From contig JANRIL010000031.1 in assembly GCA_033764955.1 (NCBI GenBank), positions 10,534-74,533 of the forward strand: DNA of 64,000 nucleotides, given 5' to 3'. The stretch is from Cyanobacteriota bacterium (lineage in GTDB: Bacteria; Cyanobacteriota; Cyanobacteriia; Thermostichales; Thermostichaceae). The position numbers and the translations under genes were made by a program. The notes under the pieces were generated by a model, which saw only the letters and a program-made list of their open reading frames with translations, was not told where the DNA came from and made no database searches. Each line of letters begins with the position of its first letter. Within the stretch, counting starts at the first letter, position 1. This document shows positions 38,189 through 49,912 of the stretch, one piece after another.

Positions 38189-38638
38189 ATGTTAAAGATC
38201 GGAGATATTGCCAAACAAACTGGGGTTAGCGTTGGTACGTTACCCTACTACTAGGCTCAAAAACTACTCCATGCTCCTGAACGCAGGAAAAATGGCTATC
38301 ACTACTACGGCACAGAGACTCTAGAACAGGTGCAATTTATTAAGAAAGCCCAATCTCTAGGATTTTCTTTAGAGGAAATCCGTCATATCCTTGAGGTGAA
38401 ATTTTCTGGTGAGAAACCCTGTGAACTGGTACAAGATTTGCTGGCAGAGAAGATTAACCAATTAGAAAATCAGATCCAACGGATGATCCTATTCAAGACT
38501 GAGCTAGAAGGGTATCGAGATCTGTGGGGAAAAACTCCTGCTGACCAAGAACTTTCTCGTGAAATCTGTCCCTTAGTCGCCAGTGTTCCTTTGAGAGCCA
38601 GTGTTGAATCTCTCACACCTGTATTTCAGTCTATCTAA
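38189..38638 (+). pseudogene. MerR-family heavy-metal regulator with premature TAG
   Basis: MLKIGDIAKQTGVSVGTLPYY* (TAG 38252-38254) continues in frame to FIKKAQSLGFSLEEI...PC...ICP. Confidence 0.88.
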
Positions 38639-39666
38639 CTCAGTTCTTGCCAGGTTTTACCCTGATCTTGGGAGCGATAAATTTGGTTGTTTTGGTTGAC
38701 TGCGTAATAGATGTCTGGATCCTGGGGGGAAATGGCGATGCGAAGTAAAGCTCCCTCAAAGCCAGTGCCCCACAGATCCCAGGTTTGCCCGTTGTCGGTG
38801 CTGCGATAAAGACCAGGAGTCGTTTGCAAAGCTCGATAGCCAACCATGAGCAGAGCCTCTCCTTCTCGTTGAAGAGCTAGCCCGACAACCGGAGCGTTTT
38901 GAGTGCTCGGGATCCCTGTCCACTCATCTCCACTGCTGCGACTTTCAAACAAGCCAAGGCGAGTGGTGGCAAAGACCCGTTGCGGATCCTGGGGATCCAC
39001 GGCCAGCCCAAAGGGAGCATCGGTTAGCCCTGCCATAGGCGGCTGTGTCCACGTCTTACCCCCATCTCGACTGAGAAATAATCCTCTGGCTCCTGAAGCC
39101 GCCCATCCATACAGGATCTTGGGATCGCTGGGGGCAATGGCTAGGGCATGAAAATCCACCCCAGGCATAGAAACAGACTGCCAGGTTTCCCCCTGATCAT
39201 CACTGATCTGAAAGCCCAGATTGCCGCCTGTGGCAGGATGTCCACTCCGATAGAAACGATTGGCTTGAGCAGGATCCGAGGTGAAACCCATATGATCCGC
39301 GCGATCCTCACCGACCCAAAACCATTTGCCTGCTTGGGAGCGCTGCAACAGCCCGTGGTGAGTAGCGACATAGATCACGTCGGGATCCGTAGCACTCACG
39401 CTCAGACCATGCACATGAGTTGTTTCTCGCCAGTTGGCCGGAGCAGGGAAAAGACTGACAGCAGGCTTTAGTGCAACCGTCCTGGTGGCAGAATCAACTT
39501 GTTCCGAAGCAGGAGCCGCATCACCAGAGGGACTAAGCCAGGATCCCAAGCCAATGCCTAAAGCTAGCAGCAGCATAGTGGGCGTAGCCGAGATCAAAAC
39601 CCAGGATCCCAGTTTTTGCCGTTGATCAAGCTGGCGGGGAGGGTAATGATCGTTCTGGATAGACAT
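38635..39666 (-). CDS. Membrane-anchored beta-propeller (BNR/Asp-box; F510_1955-like)
   Basis: HVHGL, ATHHGL, DHMGF, SGHP, DFHAL and repeated SxDxGxTW boxes. Confidence 0.82.
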   Translation of the reverse strand: MSIQNDHYPPRQLDQRQKLGSWVLISATPTMLLLALGIGLGSWLSPSGDAAPASEQVDSATRTVALKPAVSLFPAPANWRETTHVHGLSVSATDPDVIYVATHHGLLQRSQAGKWFWVGEDRADHMGFTSDPAQANRFYRSGHPATGGNLGFQISDDQGETWQSVSMPGVDFHALAIAPSDPKILYGWAASGARGLFLSRDGGKTWTQPPMAGLTDAPFGLAVDPQDPQRVFATTRLGLFESRSSGDEWTGIPSTQNAPVVGLALQREGEALLMVGYRALQTTPGLYRSTDNGQTWDLWGTGFEGALLRIAISPQDPDIYYAVNQNNQIYRSQDQGKTWQELS

Positions 39667-39689
39667 TGCCGTGCCTTTAAGATCTGAAA

Positions 39690-40349
39690 CTACTGGTTAT
39701 ACCAAGCTTTGCGCCATGCTTTCATCTGATCGATCTCCGCTTGCTGACTGTCGAGAATCGCCTGAGCCAGGGTTTTGATCTCCGGTCGCTGAGATTTTTG
39801 TTGGGCATCTTTGGCCATGACCAAAGCCGCTTCGTGGTGGGGGATCATGGCATCGATAAAGCGCCGATCAAACTGGTCATCCGCCGCTCCTAGCGACTGA
39901 TCCATCCGCATAGAAGCCATCATTTCAGATGACATGGCCATCATGTGCCCCATGCCGGGATCCCACATTTGGGCTTCCGCTGGGGCATCAGGATACCAAG
40001 CCTTGCGCCACGCCTGCATTTGTTGGATTTCTTTTTCTTGAGCGTCAATGATCGCTTGCGCCAGTTGCTTAATTTCAGATCGCTGGGATTTTTCTAGGGC
40101 TTCTTGAGCCATGATCACGGCTCCCTGGTGGTGGGGAATCATGCCATCGATAAAGCGCAAGTCAAAGGCAGCATCGGCAGGGCCGAGATCCATCTGCATC
40201 ATGCCCATACTGGAGTGATCCATCTGGGAGTGATCCATCATGGGCATGGAGGACTGAGCATCGGTACGGCGGCTCAGTAGCCCACCTGTCGTGAGGGCAG
40301 CACCCGTCAGCAGGGCTAGCAGGCTGAGCACAAGAGATTGGCGATTCAT
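39690..40349 (-). CDS. DUF305 copper-binding protein (CopM-like)
   Basis: Signal peptide, Met/His-rich MDHS repeats and two FID.MIPHH..A..MA units. Confidence 0.9.
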   Translation of the reverse strand: MNRQSLVLSLLALLTGAALTTGGLLSRRTDAQSSMPMMDHSQMDHSSMGMMQMDLGPADAAFDLRFIDGMIPHHQGAVIMAQEALEKSQRSEIKQLAQAIIDAQEKEIQQMQAWRKAWYPDAPAEAQMWDPGMGHMMAMSSEMMASMRMDQSLGAADDQFDRRFIDAMIPHHEAALVMAKDAQQKSQRPEIKTLAQAILDSQQAEIDQMKAWRKAWYNQ

Positions 40350-40396
40350 AGGGATCCCTCACTGGCTATCGTTGATCTCCACCCTAGAAAATAGTT

Positions 40397-40457
40397 ATGA
40401 AATCGGTATGAAATCCACCTCTGTCTACGGTTCCAAGCCGTTTCATCTCAATTTCAT
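40397..40457. promoter_or_regulatory. Two CopR-like TTTCAT-N5-TTTCAT boxes, one on each strand
   Basis: Minus strand 40413-40397 TTTCATACCGATTTCAT; plus strand 40441-40457 TTTCATCTCAATTTCAT; upstream of the DUF305 gene. Confidence 0.7.
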
Positions 40458-40602
40458 TTCTCTATGTCAGCCTGTCTTGCAAGTACTCCATCCTTCTAAT
40501 GGGGAATAAGCGGTAGGCGATGCCAGGGCGTGATATCCTTTTGCCCGTAGTGCTCTCTAGCTGTGGCTAGAGCGATGACCTATTTCCCTTTGAGGTGCAT
40601 CT

Positions 40603-41121
40603 GTGATCAATCTCTCTCAAATCCCTGCCCAACCGAAACCTGGCCTCCTCAACGTGCTGATCGAAATTCCAGGGGGTAGCAAAAATAAATATGAATTTGA
40701 TAAAGAAATGGGAGCGATGGCATTGGATCGGGTTCTCTATGCCTCTGTGCAGTATCCCTACGACTATGGGTTTATTCCCAACACGTTAGCTGGAGACGGG
40801 GATCCCTTAGATGGCATGGTCATGATGGATCAGCCCACGTTTCCCGGCTGCGTGATCACGGTACGTCCCCTCGGCATGTTGATGATGATCGATGGTGGGG
40901 ATCCCGATGAAAAGCTGTTGTGTGTGCCGGTCAAGGATCCCCGCTACAAGGATGTTTTGAAGCTAGAGGATGTTGCCCAGCATCGCCTAGATGAGATTGC
41001 CGAATTTTTTGCCACCTATAAGCGCCTAGAGAAAAAAGTAACCGAGATTCAGGGCTGGAAAGGCTTGGAAGAAACGCAAGCGGTCATTCAGGCTAGCCTG
41101 CAAGCCTACAGCCAAGCCTAG
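40603..41121 (+). CDS. ppa: Inorganic pyrophosphatase
   Basis: [29 protein letters not shown] and DEK motifs. Confidence 0.97.
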   Translation: MINLSQIPAQPKPGLLNVLIEIPGGSKNKYEFDKEMGAMALDRVLYASVQYPYDYGFIPNTLAGDGDPLDGMVMMDQPTFPGCVITVRPLGMLMMIDGGDPDEKLLCVPVKDPRYKDVLKLEDVAQHRLDEIAEFFATYKRLEKKVTEIQGWKGLEETQAVIQASLQAYSQA

Positions 41122-41191
41122 GCCAGGGGGGTGGCTAGTCGATCTCTCTTTAAGGATCTTCTGACGCTCATCAATTTTTTGGGGGGTAGTC

Positions 41192-41221
41192 TAGACAAGC
41201 TTAGCTCCCTCTCGCTATGAT
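41192..41221 (+). promoter_or_regulatory. Candidate promoter of the ribosomal protein cluster
   Basis: TAGACA-N18-TATGAT about 430 bp upstream of rplC. Confidence 0.5.
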
Positions 41222-41653
41222 GTATGACTGTTGCCAAGAAGGCACATTTGCACTGCTAACACGGATACTGTGGCCTTCTCAAGTAGGTTGACAAGTCCAA
41301 GCAGTCCCCTGATTGCTTTTTTAGTGTTGTGTAGATGAACCCAGGCTCTTAGTCAGTCGAGTTTTCTATCTTCTCAAAAGAAGGGAATTACTCGCTTAGA
41401 TAAAGGGCTAGCCAATGGCCGTTTATAGCGGAAATATGGCACTGAGCCGAGAAAGTTTGCTTGTCTCGCTCTTTTTCAGTCGGATAGTTTAAGGTTCTTG
41501 GGGCAAGGGATGAAACCATCTCGACTCTCAGGGGGTTCAGCATCCCAAGTGAGTTCGATTTTTGCTCAAAGAAACTAGGGATCCCTGATCCTGATCGGAA
41601 AGCCGTCCCTATTTCGGGGCAGACGCAGTTGAACCCACCGGAGATCTTGAACG

Positions 41654-42307
41654 ATGGCACTCGGTATTTTGGGCAAAAAGTTAGGCATGACCCAAATCTT
41701 CACCCCTGAAGGTTTGTCGATTCCAGTAACGGTTGTGCAGGCAGGTCCTTGCACCGTCACCCAGATCAAGACTCAATCCACCGATGGCTATGCTGCTGTG
41801 CAAGTGGGGTTTGCACCCACTGCCCCGAAACACCTCAACAAACCCGAACAGGGACATCTTGCCAAAGCTGGTGTGATGGAGTTGCTCCGCCATCTCAAAG
41901 AGTTTCGGGTGGAACAGCCGGAACAATTTCAGTTGGGACAAACCCTCACGGTTGAAATGTTCCAGGCGGGACAACAGGTGGATGTGGCAGGAACTAGCAT
42001 TGGACGGGGCTTTGCTGGTTATCAAAAGCGACACAACTTTGCTCGCGGTCCGATGTCCCACGGTTCTAAAAACCATCGTCTGCCCGGTTCAACGGGGGCG
42101 GGTACCACCCCTGGACGAGTTTTTCCAGGCAAACGCATGGCAGGGCGCTATGGGGCTAGCCGTGTCACCACTCGCAAGCTGACGATCATACGGGTGGATC
42201 AAGAACGGGGACTCCTGTTGATCAAAGGCTCTGTACCAGGAGTGGAGGGGGGGCTTTTAGAAATTACTCCCGCCAAAACTGTCGGGCGAGTGGGCAAGGG
42301 TAAGTAA
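41654..42307 (+). CDS. rplC: 50S ribosomal protein L3
   Basis: [21 protein letters not shown] and [11 protein letters not shown] motifs. Confidence 0.99.
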   Translation: MALGILGKKLGMTQIFTPEGLSIPVTVVQAGPCTVTQIKTQSTDGYAAVQVGFAPTAPKHLNKPEQGHLAKAGVMELLRHLKEFRVEQPEQFQLGQTLTVEMFQAGQQVDVAGTSIGRGFAGYQKRHNFARGPMSHGSKNHRLPGSTGAGTTPGRVFPGKRMAGRYGASRVTTRKLTIIRVDQERGLLLIKGSVPGVEGGLLEITPAKTVGRVGKGK

Positions 42308-42452
42308 GCAAAAATGAGTGTGGGGAGCCTTCGGCTATTCCTTCTGCCATTTTTGTATTCACGAGGAACAGGGATCCTTCCTCATAAACAATAGATGTTC
42401 CGCAGATCTCCAAGATCATTAAGGTTGGGCAATAGGTCAGGGAAGTAAGGTT

Positions 42453-43166
42453 ATGGCAAACTGTGTCGTAAAAGATTGGCAGGGAGAAGTTGTCGGTAGC
42501 GCCGAGCTGAGCTTGGCGGTGGCAAGACCAGAAACCGCCACCCATCTGCTTTATTTGGCATTGCGTCGCCAACTGACCAATGCTCGTCAAGGTAATGCCC
42601 ATACCAAAACTCGCTCAGAAGTGCGGGGAGGCGGGCGCAAACCCTGGAAACAAAAAGGGACGGGACGTGCTCGCGCTGGATCCATCCGCTCTCCCCTTTG
42701 GCGCAAAGGCGGGGTAATCTTTGGTCCACGCAAGCGGGAATACCATCTCGACATGAATCGGAAAGAGCGGCAATTGGCTCTGCGAACAGCTTTGCAAAGC
42801 CGCGTCGAGGATTTGATTGTGGTGGAGGATTTTGCTCCACAGCTTGTGCAACCCAAAACAAAAGAAGTCGCCCAAGCCCTCCTGCGTTGGGGGGTTGCCC
42901 TCGATCAATCAGCTTTGGTGATCGTAGGCGACAAAAATGAACAGGTGGAGCGGGCTGTTCGCAACATTGCTCGTGTCAAATTGCTGACCATTCACAACCT
43001 AAACATTTTTGATCTACTGAATGTGGATTGGGTCATTATTACCCAACCTGCCCTGGAGAGCTTGAAATTGAACTGGTCAGCCGACAAAACGAAATCGCCT
43101 CACCCAGCCCCCTCGATTCCTGCATCCCCCGTTTTATCCGATGATTCCCAAGGAGAAGCGTCATGA
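42453..43166 (+). CDS. rplD: 50S ribosomal protein L4
   Basis: [27 protein letters not shown] motif. Confidence 0.99.
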   Translation: MANCVVKDWQGEVVGSAELSLAVARPETATHLLYLALRRQLTNARQGNAHTKTRSEVRGGGRKPWKQKGTGRARAGSIRSPLWRKGGVIFGPRKREYHLDMNRKERQLALRTALQSRVEDLIVVEDFAPQLVQPKTKEVAQALLRWGVALDQSALVIVGDKNEQVERAVRNIARVKLLTIHNLNIFDLLNVDWVIITQPALESLKLNWSADKTKSPHPAPSIPASPVLSDDSQGEAS

Positions 43167-43462
43167 GCCAAAGTCAGCGTATTCTGGCGGATGTCCTATT
43201 GCGCCCCATCATCACCGAAAAAGCGACTCGGCTGATCGAAGAGAACAAATATGTTTTTGAGGTCAAGCCAAATGCCTCGAAAACCTTGGTTCGCTATGCC
43301 GTAGAAGAGATGTTTGGGGTCAAGGTAACGGCGGTCAATACCTTCAATCCCCCCCCCAAGAAGCGGCGAGTCGGTCGATTCGTTGGCTACAAAACTCGCT
43401 CCAAGCGGGCGGTGGTCACCCTGCGAGCGGGGGATTCGATTACCCTCTTCCCCGATGTCTAG
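43163..43462 (+). CDS. rplW: 50S ribosomal protein L23
   Basis: RPIITEKA and KYVFEV motifs; operon position. Confidence 0.98.
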   Translation: MSQSQRILADVLLRPIITEKATRLIEENKYVFEVKPNASKTLVRYAVEEMFGVKVTAVNTFNPPPKKRRVGRFVGYKTRSKRAVVTLRAGDSITLFPDV

Positions 43463-43531
43463 CCTTAGGGGATCCCTTTCGGTTTTTTCTGAGTTTAGGT
43501 CAGTTCACGCAAGCATTAGCGGCATTATCTT

Positions 43532-44380
43532 ATGGGCACTCGATCTTTCAGACCCTACACCCCCAGCACCCGCCACTCGATTCTTTCCGACTTTGAGGAA
43601 ATCACAACCTCCAAACCGGAGAAATCCCTCGTCAAACACATCCACCAAAAGAAGGGACGTAACAACCGTGGGGTGATCACGAGCCGGCGGCGGGGTGGTG
43701 GTCACAAGAAGCTCTATCGGATCATTGATTTCCGCCGTGATAAGGTCGGGATCCCTGCCCAAGTCCTGACCGTTGAATATGACCCCAATCGCAACACTCG
43801 CATCTCCCTAGTGCAATATGCCGACGGAGAAAAACGCTACATTCTGCATCCCCGTGCTTTGCAGGTGGGATCCACTATTCTCTCTGGCTCAGAGGCTCCT
43901 TTTGAAATTGGCAATGCGATGCCCCTCGAGCGGATCCCGTTGGGAACCATCGTCCACAACGTGGAACTGATCCCTGGTAACGGCGGCAAGATTGTTCGGG
44001 CAGCAGGGGGTGGCGCGCAGGTAATGGCGAAGGAAGGCGGCTATGTCTCCCTGAAGCTGCCCTCTGGAGAGGTGCGGATGATTCGCGCCCAATGCTTTGC
44101 CACGATTGGTCAACTGGGGAACGTGGAGGCCAGCAATCTCAAGTTGGGCAAAGCCGGACGCAAGCGCTGGTTAGGTCGTCGTCCGGAAGTGCGCGGATCC
44201 GTGATGAACCCTGTCGATCACCCCCACGGGGGTGGCGAGGGTCGCGCCCCGATTGGCCGCAGTTCTCCCGTTACCCCTTGGGGTAAACCTACCCTGGGCT
44301 ACAAAACCCGCAAGAAAAAGAAAGCCAGCAGCAAGTTGATTGTGCGGGGTCGCAAACGGGGCAATCGACGCGAAAAATAA
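43532..44380 (+). CDS. rplB: 50S ribosomal protein L2
   Basis: EYDPNR and [18 protein letters not shown] motifs. Confidence 0.99.
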   Translation: MGTRSFRPYTPSTRHSILSDFEEITTSKPEKSLVKHIHQKKGRNNRGVITSRRRGGGHKKLYRIIDFRRDKVGIPAQVLTVEYDPNRNTRISLVQYADGEKRYILHPRALQVGSTILSGSEAPFEIGNAMPLERIPLGTIVHNVELIPGNGGKIVRAAGGGAQVMAKEGGYVSLKLPSGEVRMIRAQCFATIGQLGNVEASNLKLGKAGRKRWLGRRPEVRGSVMNPVDHPHGGGEGRAPIGRSSPVTPWGKPTLGYKTRKKKKASSKLIVRGRKRGNRREK

Positions 44381-44449
44381 ACCCACTTCCCTCTATCATC
44401 AGCCTCTTTTGCTTTCTTCTCTTTTTGTTGTCGTTCTCCTACGGAAACT

Positions 44450-44731
44450 ATGCCACGCTCCCTCAAAAAAGGTCCATTCATCGCCGCCAGCCTCCTGGAA
44501 AAAATTGAGAAGTTGAACGCCCGCAACGAGAAGCAAATGATCAAAACCTGGTCACGCGCTTCTACGGTCATCCCCCTAATGATTGGGCATACCATCGCTG
44601 TCCACAATGGCAAGCAGCATGTCCCCCTCTATATCACCGATCAGATGGTGGGGCATAAGTTAGGAGAATTTGTTCCTACCCGCACCTTCCGAGGTCATGC
44701 TGGCAGTGATAAGAAAGCTTCTCGCCGTTAA
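44450..44731 (+). CDS. rpsS: 30S ribosomal protein S19
   Basis: [15 protein letters not shown] and GHKLGEF motifs. Confidence 0.99.
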   Translation: MPRSLKKGPFIAASLLEKIEKLNARNEKQMIKTWSRASTVIPLMIGHTIAVHNGKQHVPLYITDQMVGHKLGEFVPTRTFRGHAGSDKKASRR

Positions 44732-44770
44732 CGCTTCCCACCCGTTCATTCCGCCCAGCAAGAGGTAGTC

Positions 44771-45124
44771 ATGGCCTTTGATCCATCCGAAACCGTCGCT
44801 ATTGCCCGATATATCCGCATGTCCCCTTTTAAGGTGCGGCGTGTCCTGGATCAGATTCGTGGGCGTAGCTATCAAGAGGCATTGATTCTGCTTGAGTTCA
44901 TGCCCTACTCCGCCTGTGATCCAATTCGTAAAGTCTTGCGTTCGGCGGTGGCCAACGCGGAACATAACAACGGGTTGGATCCCCGCGATCTGGTCGTCAG
45001 CCAAGCGTTTGCGGATCAAGGCCCTACCCTCAAACGCTTCCGTGCCCGCGCCCAAGGACGGGGCTATCCCATCAAAAAGCGCACCTGTCACATTACCGTT
45101 GCAGTCAAGCCGATAGCCTCCTAA
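44771..45124 (+). CDS. rplV: 50S ribosomal protein L22
   Basis: [19 protein letters not shown] and RAQGR motifs. Confidence 0.99.
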   Translation: MAFDPSETVAIARYIRMSPFKVRRVLDQIRGRSYQEALILLEFMPYSACDPIRKVLRSAVANAEHNNGLDPRDLVVSQAFADQGPTLKRFRARAQGRGYPIKKRTCHITVAVKPIAS

Positions 45125-45187
45125 TGCCTGTTCTCCAGACATCCATCCTTTCTACTCAAGTATTTCCCCAAGCAGGACTGACATTTT

Positions 45188-45943
45188 ATGGGACAGAAGA
45201 TCCATCCAAACGGGTTTCGCCTTGGCGTTATCAAAAATCATCGCAGTCGTTGGTTTGCGGATACGTCTCGTTACCCAGCGCTTCTGCAAGAAGATCATCG
45301 TATCCGTAACTACATTGTCAAGAACCTGAACAGTGCAGGGTTAGCTGATATTCAGATCGAGCGGAAAGCGGATCAAATTGATCTAGAAATTCGTGCCTCC
45401 CGCCCAGGCGTTGTGGTGGGTCGAGGGGGATCCGGCTTAGATACTCTGCGCCAAGGTCTGCAAAAGGAACTGGCCTCCCATGGACACAGTGCTGCCGATC
45501 GCACCATTCGCATCAATGTGGTGGAAGTAACTCGCGTCGATGCCGAAGCTCGTCTTTTGGCGGAAAACATTGCTCAACAACTGGAGCGGCGCATCGCTTT
45601 CCGACGCATTGTTCGTCAAGTCGTTCAACGGGCACAACGGGCAGGTGTCCAAGGAATCAAAATCCAGATTGCTGGGCGTCTGAATGGAGCGGAGATTGCC
45701 CGTACCGAATGGACACGGGAGGGACGGATCCCTCTGCACACGCTGCGCGCTGACATCGACTACGCCGAATACACCGCCAGCACTACCTTTGGCATTATCG
45801 GTGTCAAGGTCTGGATCTTTAAGGGAGAAGTCTTGCCGGGACAGGAACGGGCGGATCAAAAACCCGCTCCTCTCCAGCAGCCTAAACGACGCCAGCAGCG
45901 GCGGCGACCCACCTTTGAAGACCGCTCGGAAGCTGAAGCTTAA
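45188..45943 (+). CDS. rpsC: 30S ribosomal protein S3
   Basis: [23 protein letters not shown] and [10 protein letters not shown] motifs. Confidence 0.99.
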   Translation: MGQKIHPNGFRLGVIKNHRSRWFADTSRYPALLQEDHRIRNYIVKNLNSAGLADIQIERKADQIDLEIRASRPGVVVGRGGSGLDTLRQGLQKELASHGHSAADRTIRINVVEVTRVDAEARLLAENIAQQLERRIAFRRIVRQVVQRAQRAGVQGIKIQIAGRLNGAEIARTEWTREGRIPLHTLRADIDYAEYTASTTFGIIGVKVWIFKGEVLPGQERADQKPAPLQQPKRRQQRRRPTFEDRSEAEA

Positions 45944-46000
45944 AAACTACCTTTTTCCCCACCTTCGGGATCCCCTCCATAGCCTTAAGGAAGCCCCGTT

Positions 46001-46495
46001 ATGTTAAGCCCCAAACGCACCAAATACCGCAAACAACAACGCGGTCGCATGAAAGGGAAAGCCACCCGTGGCAATGCCCTCAATTTTGGCGAATACGCTC
46101 TGGTGGCTCTAGAGCCATCCTGGATTACCGCTCGCCAGATCGAAGCCAGTCGCCGCGCCATGACCCGTTATGTCCGCCGTGGTGGGCAAATCTGGATTCG
46201 CATCTTCCCCGACAAGCCAATCACCATGCGCGCCGCAGAAACCCGTATGGGATCCGGTAAAGGCAATCCTGAGTTTTGGGTAGCTGTGGTCAAACCAGGG
46301 CGAATCATGTTTGAAATGGGCGGAGTTACCGAAGCGATTGCCCGAGAAGCCATGCGTTTGGCGGCGCAAAAGCTGCCCATCAAGGTCAAATTCATGACTG
46401 CCGCCGATTTGGCCGAAGCCAATCTGAGTCAGGGATCCCGGCCTTCAAGCGAACCCGAACTTGCTGTTCCCCATGCTGGTGAAGAAGGAGCGTAA
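46001..46495 (+). CDS. rplP: 50S ribosomal protein L16
   Basis: [15 protein letters not shown] and RMGSGKG motifs. Confidence 0.99.
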   Translation: MLSPKRTKYRKQQRGRMKGKATRGNALNFGEYALVALEPSWITARQIEASRRAMTRYVRRGGQIWIRIFPDKPITMRAAETRMGSGKGNPEFWVAVVKPGRIMFEMGGVTEAIAREAMRLAAQKLPIKVKFMTAADLAEANLSQGSRPSSEPELAVPHAGEEGA

Positions 46496-46497
46496 CC

Positions 46498-46728
46498 ATG
46501 CCAATGTCCAAGATTGCGGATGCCCGCGCCCTCTCGGATGAAGATCTTTCCGAAGAGATTATGAAAGTGAAGCGAGAACTCTTTGAGTTGCGCCTACAAA
46601 AAGCTACCCGCCAGTTGACCCAGCCCCACCTGATTCGTATGTCCAAACATCGGCTGGCTCAGCTTCTGACCGTAGAGGGAGAACGCCAGCGGGGAATCAC
46701 CTTAACTCAATCTCCTCAGGAGGACTAA
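46498..46728 (+). CDS. rpmC: 50S ribosomal protein L29
   Basis: KRELFELRLQKAT motif; operon position. Confidence 0.97.
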   Translation: MPMSKIADARALSDEDLSEEIMKVKRELFELRLQKATRQLTQPHLIRMSKHRLAQLLTVEGERQRGITLTQSPQED

Positions 46729-46980
46729 ATGGCTGTTCGAGAAAAAGTGGGCATTGTGGTCAGCAACAAGATGCAAAAGACGGTAGTGGTAGCAGTAGAG
46801 AACCGCACTGCTCATCCTAAATACGGCAAAATTGTTGTGCAAACTCGCCGCTTCAAAGCTCACGACGAAGACAATCGTTGCAAAATTGGGGATCAAGTGC
46901 GCATCTCAGAAACGCGCCCCCTTAGCAAAACCAAACGTTGGCAAGTATCGGAAATTCTGCGGGAGGTTACCAAGCTATGA
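46729..46980 (+). CDS. rpsQ: 30S ribosomal protein S17
   Basis: [18 protein letters not shown] and [11 protein letters not shown] motifs. Confidence 0.99.
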   Translation: MAVREKVGIVVSNKMQKTVVVAVENRTAHPKYGKIVVQTRRFKAHDEDNRCKIGDQVRISETRPLSKTKRWQVSEILREVTKL

Positions 46981-47345
46981 TTCAGCAACAAACCATGTTG
47001 ACGGTAGCCGACAATACGGGAGCGCGTCGCCTTATGTGCATCCGTGTCCTTGGCAGCAGTGGTCGTCGTTACGCCAGTCTAGGGGATGTGATTATCGGTG
47101 TTGTTAAAGATGCTTTGCCCAACATGCCGGTCAAAAAATCGGATGTTGTCAAAGCGGTTGTCATCCGCACCGTAGACACCATTCGGCGCCCTGATGGTAT
47201 GAGCATCCGCTTTGACGACAATGCCGCCGTCATTATTAACAATGAGGGCAACCCCCGTGGCACCCGCGTGTTTGGCCCGGTGGCGCGTGAGCTACGGGAG
47301 AAAAACTATACCAAAATTGTCTCACTTGCCCCGGAGGTGTTGTAA
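46977..47345 (+). CDS. rplN: 50S ribosomal protein L14
   Basis: [13 protein letters not shown] and [16 protein letters not shown] overlaps the rpsQ stop. Confidence 0.99.
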   Translation: MIQQQTMLTVADNTGARRLMCIRVLGSSGRRYASLGDVIIGVVKDALPNMPVKKSDVVKAVVIRTVDTIRRPDGMSIRFDDNAAVIINNEGNPRGTRVFGPVARELREKNYTKIVSLAPEVL

Positions 47346-47743
47346 TGGTACGCCGCCTAAAACCCAGCCAAATTAAAGAACTCACCAAGCGCCCTGGCAT
47401 CCAAGCCCACCGCAACAGCCTTCGCTACAAGATGAAAATCAAGAAGGGGGATACGGTGCAAGTGATCTCTGGTAGCGACAAAGGACGAATCGGGGAAGTC
47501 CTGCAAACCCTCCCTGCCAAAAACATGGTGATTGTGGAAGGGGTGAATATTGTCACCCGCCACCGCAAACCCCAACGGGAAGGGGAATCTGGCACGATTG
47601 AAAAAAAGGAAGGCCCCATCCCAGTTTGCAAGGTGATGGCCTATTCCAATAAGCAAAAAGTAGCCAGCCGCATTGCCTATACCTTCACGCCCGAAGGCCG
47701 CAAGGTTCGGATGTTGAAAAAAACTGGAGAAATTCTCGATTAA
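47345..47743 (+). CDS. rplX: 50S ribosomal protein L24 (N-terminally extended)
   Basis: [15 protein letters not shown] and VEGVN motifs. Confidence 0.97.
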   Translation: MVRRLKPSQIKELTKRPGIQAHRNSLRYKMKIKKGDTVQVISGSDKGRIGEVLQTLPAKNMVIVEGVNIVTRHRKPQREGESGTIEKKEGPIPVCKVMAYSNKQKVASRIAYTFTPEGRKVRMLKKTGEILD

Positions 47744-47795
47744 GCTTGACCGCCATTTCGCTCTGACCCAGCCCAGAGCATTAGGAGATACCACC

Positions 47796-48335
47796 ATGCC
47801 CCAGCGACTACAAACCGTTTACACAGAAACCATTGTCCCAAAGCTCAAACAAGACCTGGGATATACCAACATCCATCAGGTGCCCAAAGTAGAAAAAATT
47901 GTTATCAACCGAGGATTGGGGGATGCGGCTCAGAACGCCAAAGCTCTGGAGGCTTCCATCGCGGAAATTAGCACCATCACAGGACAAAAACCCGTGATCA
48001 CCCGTGCAAAAAAGGCGATTGCCACCTTCAAAATTCGTAAGGATATGCCTGTGGGTTTAATGGTTACCCTACGGCGGGAAAAAATGTATGCCTTTTTGGA
48101 TCGCTTGATCAATATTGCCCTGCCCCGCATCCGTGATTTTCGCGGGGTGAGTTCCAAAAGCTTTGATGGACGCGGCAACTATACCCTAGGGATCCGTGAG
48201 CAACTGATCTTCCCCGAAATTAGTTACGACTCGATTGACCAGATTCGTGGAATGGACATCTCGATTGTGACCACCGCCCGCAACGACGATGAGGGACGCG
48301 CCTTACTCAAGGCATTTGGAATGCCCTTCTCTTAA
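47796..48335 (+). CDS. rplE: 50S ribosomal protein L5
   Basis: [15 protein letters not shown] and FDGRGNY motifs. Confidence 0.99.
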   Translation: MPQRLQTVYTETIVPKLKQDLGYTNIHQVPKVEKIVINRGLGDAAQNAKALEASIAEISTITGQKPVITRAKKAIATFKIRKDMPVGLMVTLRREKMYAFLDRLINIALPRIRDFRGVSSKSFDGRGNYTLGIREQLIFPEISYDSIDQIRGMDISIVTTARNDDEGRALLKAFGMPFS

Positions 48336-48400
48336 CCCCAGGAATCCACCCCCCTTTCCGAACCCATCTCATCTCAGGAGACACAGAGGTATCCCTTAAT

Positions 48401-48805
48401 ATGGCCCACACCAACGACACCATTGCCGATATGCTGACCCGAATCCGCAATGCAACCATGGCCAGACATGAATCGGTCGCTGTCCCAGCGACCCGCATGA
48501 CTCGTAACATCGCCAAAGTGCTACGAGAAGAGGGTTTTATTGCCGATATTACCGAAACTGGAGAAGGGATCGCGGTCAACCTCGTTTTGGGGCTGAAGTA
48601 TAAAGGAAAAGGTCGCAAACCGATCATTACGGGTATTCAACGGATCAGTCGTCCGGGGTTGCGGGTTTATAAGAACCGCAAAGACCTGCCACGGGTTTTG
48701 GGGGGTATCGGTGTTGCCATTATCTCTACGTCTAGCGGCATCATGACAGATCGGGATGCGCGGCGGCAGGGTGTAGGTGGAGAGGTTCTCTGCTACGTTT
48801 ACTAA
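48401..48805 (+). CDS. rpsH: 30S ribosomal protein S8
   Basis: [21 protein letters not shown] and GGEV motifs. Confidence 0.99.
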   Translation: MAHTNDTIADMLTRIRNATMARHESVAVPATRMTRNIAKVLREEGFIADITETGEGIAVNLVLGLKYKGKGRKPIITGIQRISRPGLRVYKNRKDLPRVLGGIGVAIISTSSGIMTDRDARRQGVGGEVLCYVY

Positions 48806-48918
48806 CCCCCTCGGCTGATCTGAACTTGCTAGATTAATTTTTCTTTCCCCTACCTGGAATTCAGAGCCTTTGCCCTTTCGTTAATTTGTGTCCGGTCATT
48901 GTTCAGGAGTTGTCATCT

Positions 48919-49467
48919 ATGTCCCGCATCGGCAAGCGCCCTATCCCCATTCCCGCCAAGGTGGAAGTCCGTATCGACGGTCAACATGTGGCTGTCAAAG
49001 GCCCTAAGGGTCAACTGGCTCGCAGCCTACCCACCCAAGTCCTGATCAGCCAAGAATCCCAAACAGTAGTGGTAACCAGAGCCAACGAATCTCGTCCGGC
49101 TCGCCAGATGCACGGGCTTTGCCGCACCTTGATTGCCAATATGGTGGATGGGGTATCGGTGGGCTTCCAAAAGAAGCTGGAGTTACAGGGGGTCGGCTAT
49201 CGAGCTTCTATTCAAGGCAGCAAGCTAGTGCTGAACGTGGGCTACAGCAATCCGGTAGAAATTCCTTTTCCCGAAGGGATCCAAATCGCGGTGGAGGACA
49301 AAACCAATATCATCACGGTTTCCGGCATCGACAAAGAGCTGGTGGGTAATACGGCAGCCCGTATCCGAGCCGTTCGTCCCCCCGAACCCTATAAGGGCAA
49401 AGGGATCCGCTACTCCGGTGAGTATGTCCGTCGCAAAGCAGGTAAATCAGGCAAAGCCAAGAAGTAA
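48919..49467 (+). CDS. rplF: 50S ribosomal protein L6
   Basis: MSRIGKRPI and [14 protein letters not shown] at 48919 after CAGGAG. Confidence 0.99.
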   Translation: MSRIGKRPIPIPAKVEVRIDGQHVAVKGPKGQLARSLPTQVLISQESQTVVVTRANESRPARQMHGLCRTLIANMVDGVSVGFQKKLELQGVGYRASIQGSKLVLNVGYSNPVEIPFPEGIQIAVEDKTNIITVSGIDKELVGNTAARIRAVRPPEPYKGKGIRYSGEYVRRKAGKSGKAKK

Positions 49468-49470
49468 ACC

Positions 49471-49833
49471 ATGAAAACCAACCGCAAAACCACAACCCAA
49501 CGTCGTCACCAACGCATCCGTCGCAAGGTAGCCGGAACCGCCGAGCGTCCTCGTCTGGCCATTTTTCGCTCCCATCAGCACATCTATGCTCAGGTGATTG
49601 ACGATCTGGCTCAACGCACCCTGGTGTCGGCCTCCACCGTGGATAAGGAAATTCGTGAGCAGCTCACCAGCTCCGCCACCTGCGAAGCCGCTACGATTGT
49701 GGGGCGGACCGTGGCAGAACGAGCTATGCAAGCGGGAGTGACCCAGGTTGTTTTTGACCGAGGCGGGAAGCTTTATCACGGGCGAGTGCAAGCACTGGCG
49801 GAAGCCGCCCGCGAAGCGGGGCTGGATTTCTAA
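49471..49833 (+). CDS. rplR: 50S ribosomal protein L18
   Basis: GTAERPRL and VFDRGG.LYHGRV motifs. Confidence 0.99.
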   Translation: MKTNRKTTTQRRHQRIRRKVAGTAERPRLAIFRSHQHIYAQVIDDLAQRTLVSASTVDKEIREQLTSSATCEAATIVGRTVAERAMQAGVTQVVFDRGGKLYHGRVQALAEAAREAGLDF

Positions 49834-49912
49834 CGGACGGGGCAACTTTACCCACAACCCAAGCGAGCAACTACTCTCAACCATTAAACGCACACAGAAA
49901 AGGGATCCCAAC

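Noticed and set aside
38252..38254. Programmed read-through of the MerR TAG
   Set aside because: Accompanying substitutions of conserved Arg residues indicate decay; no recoding machinery is evident
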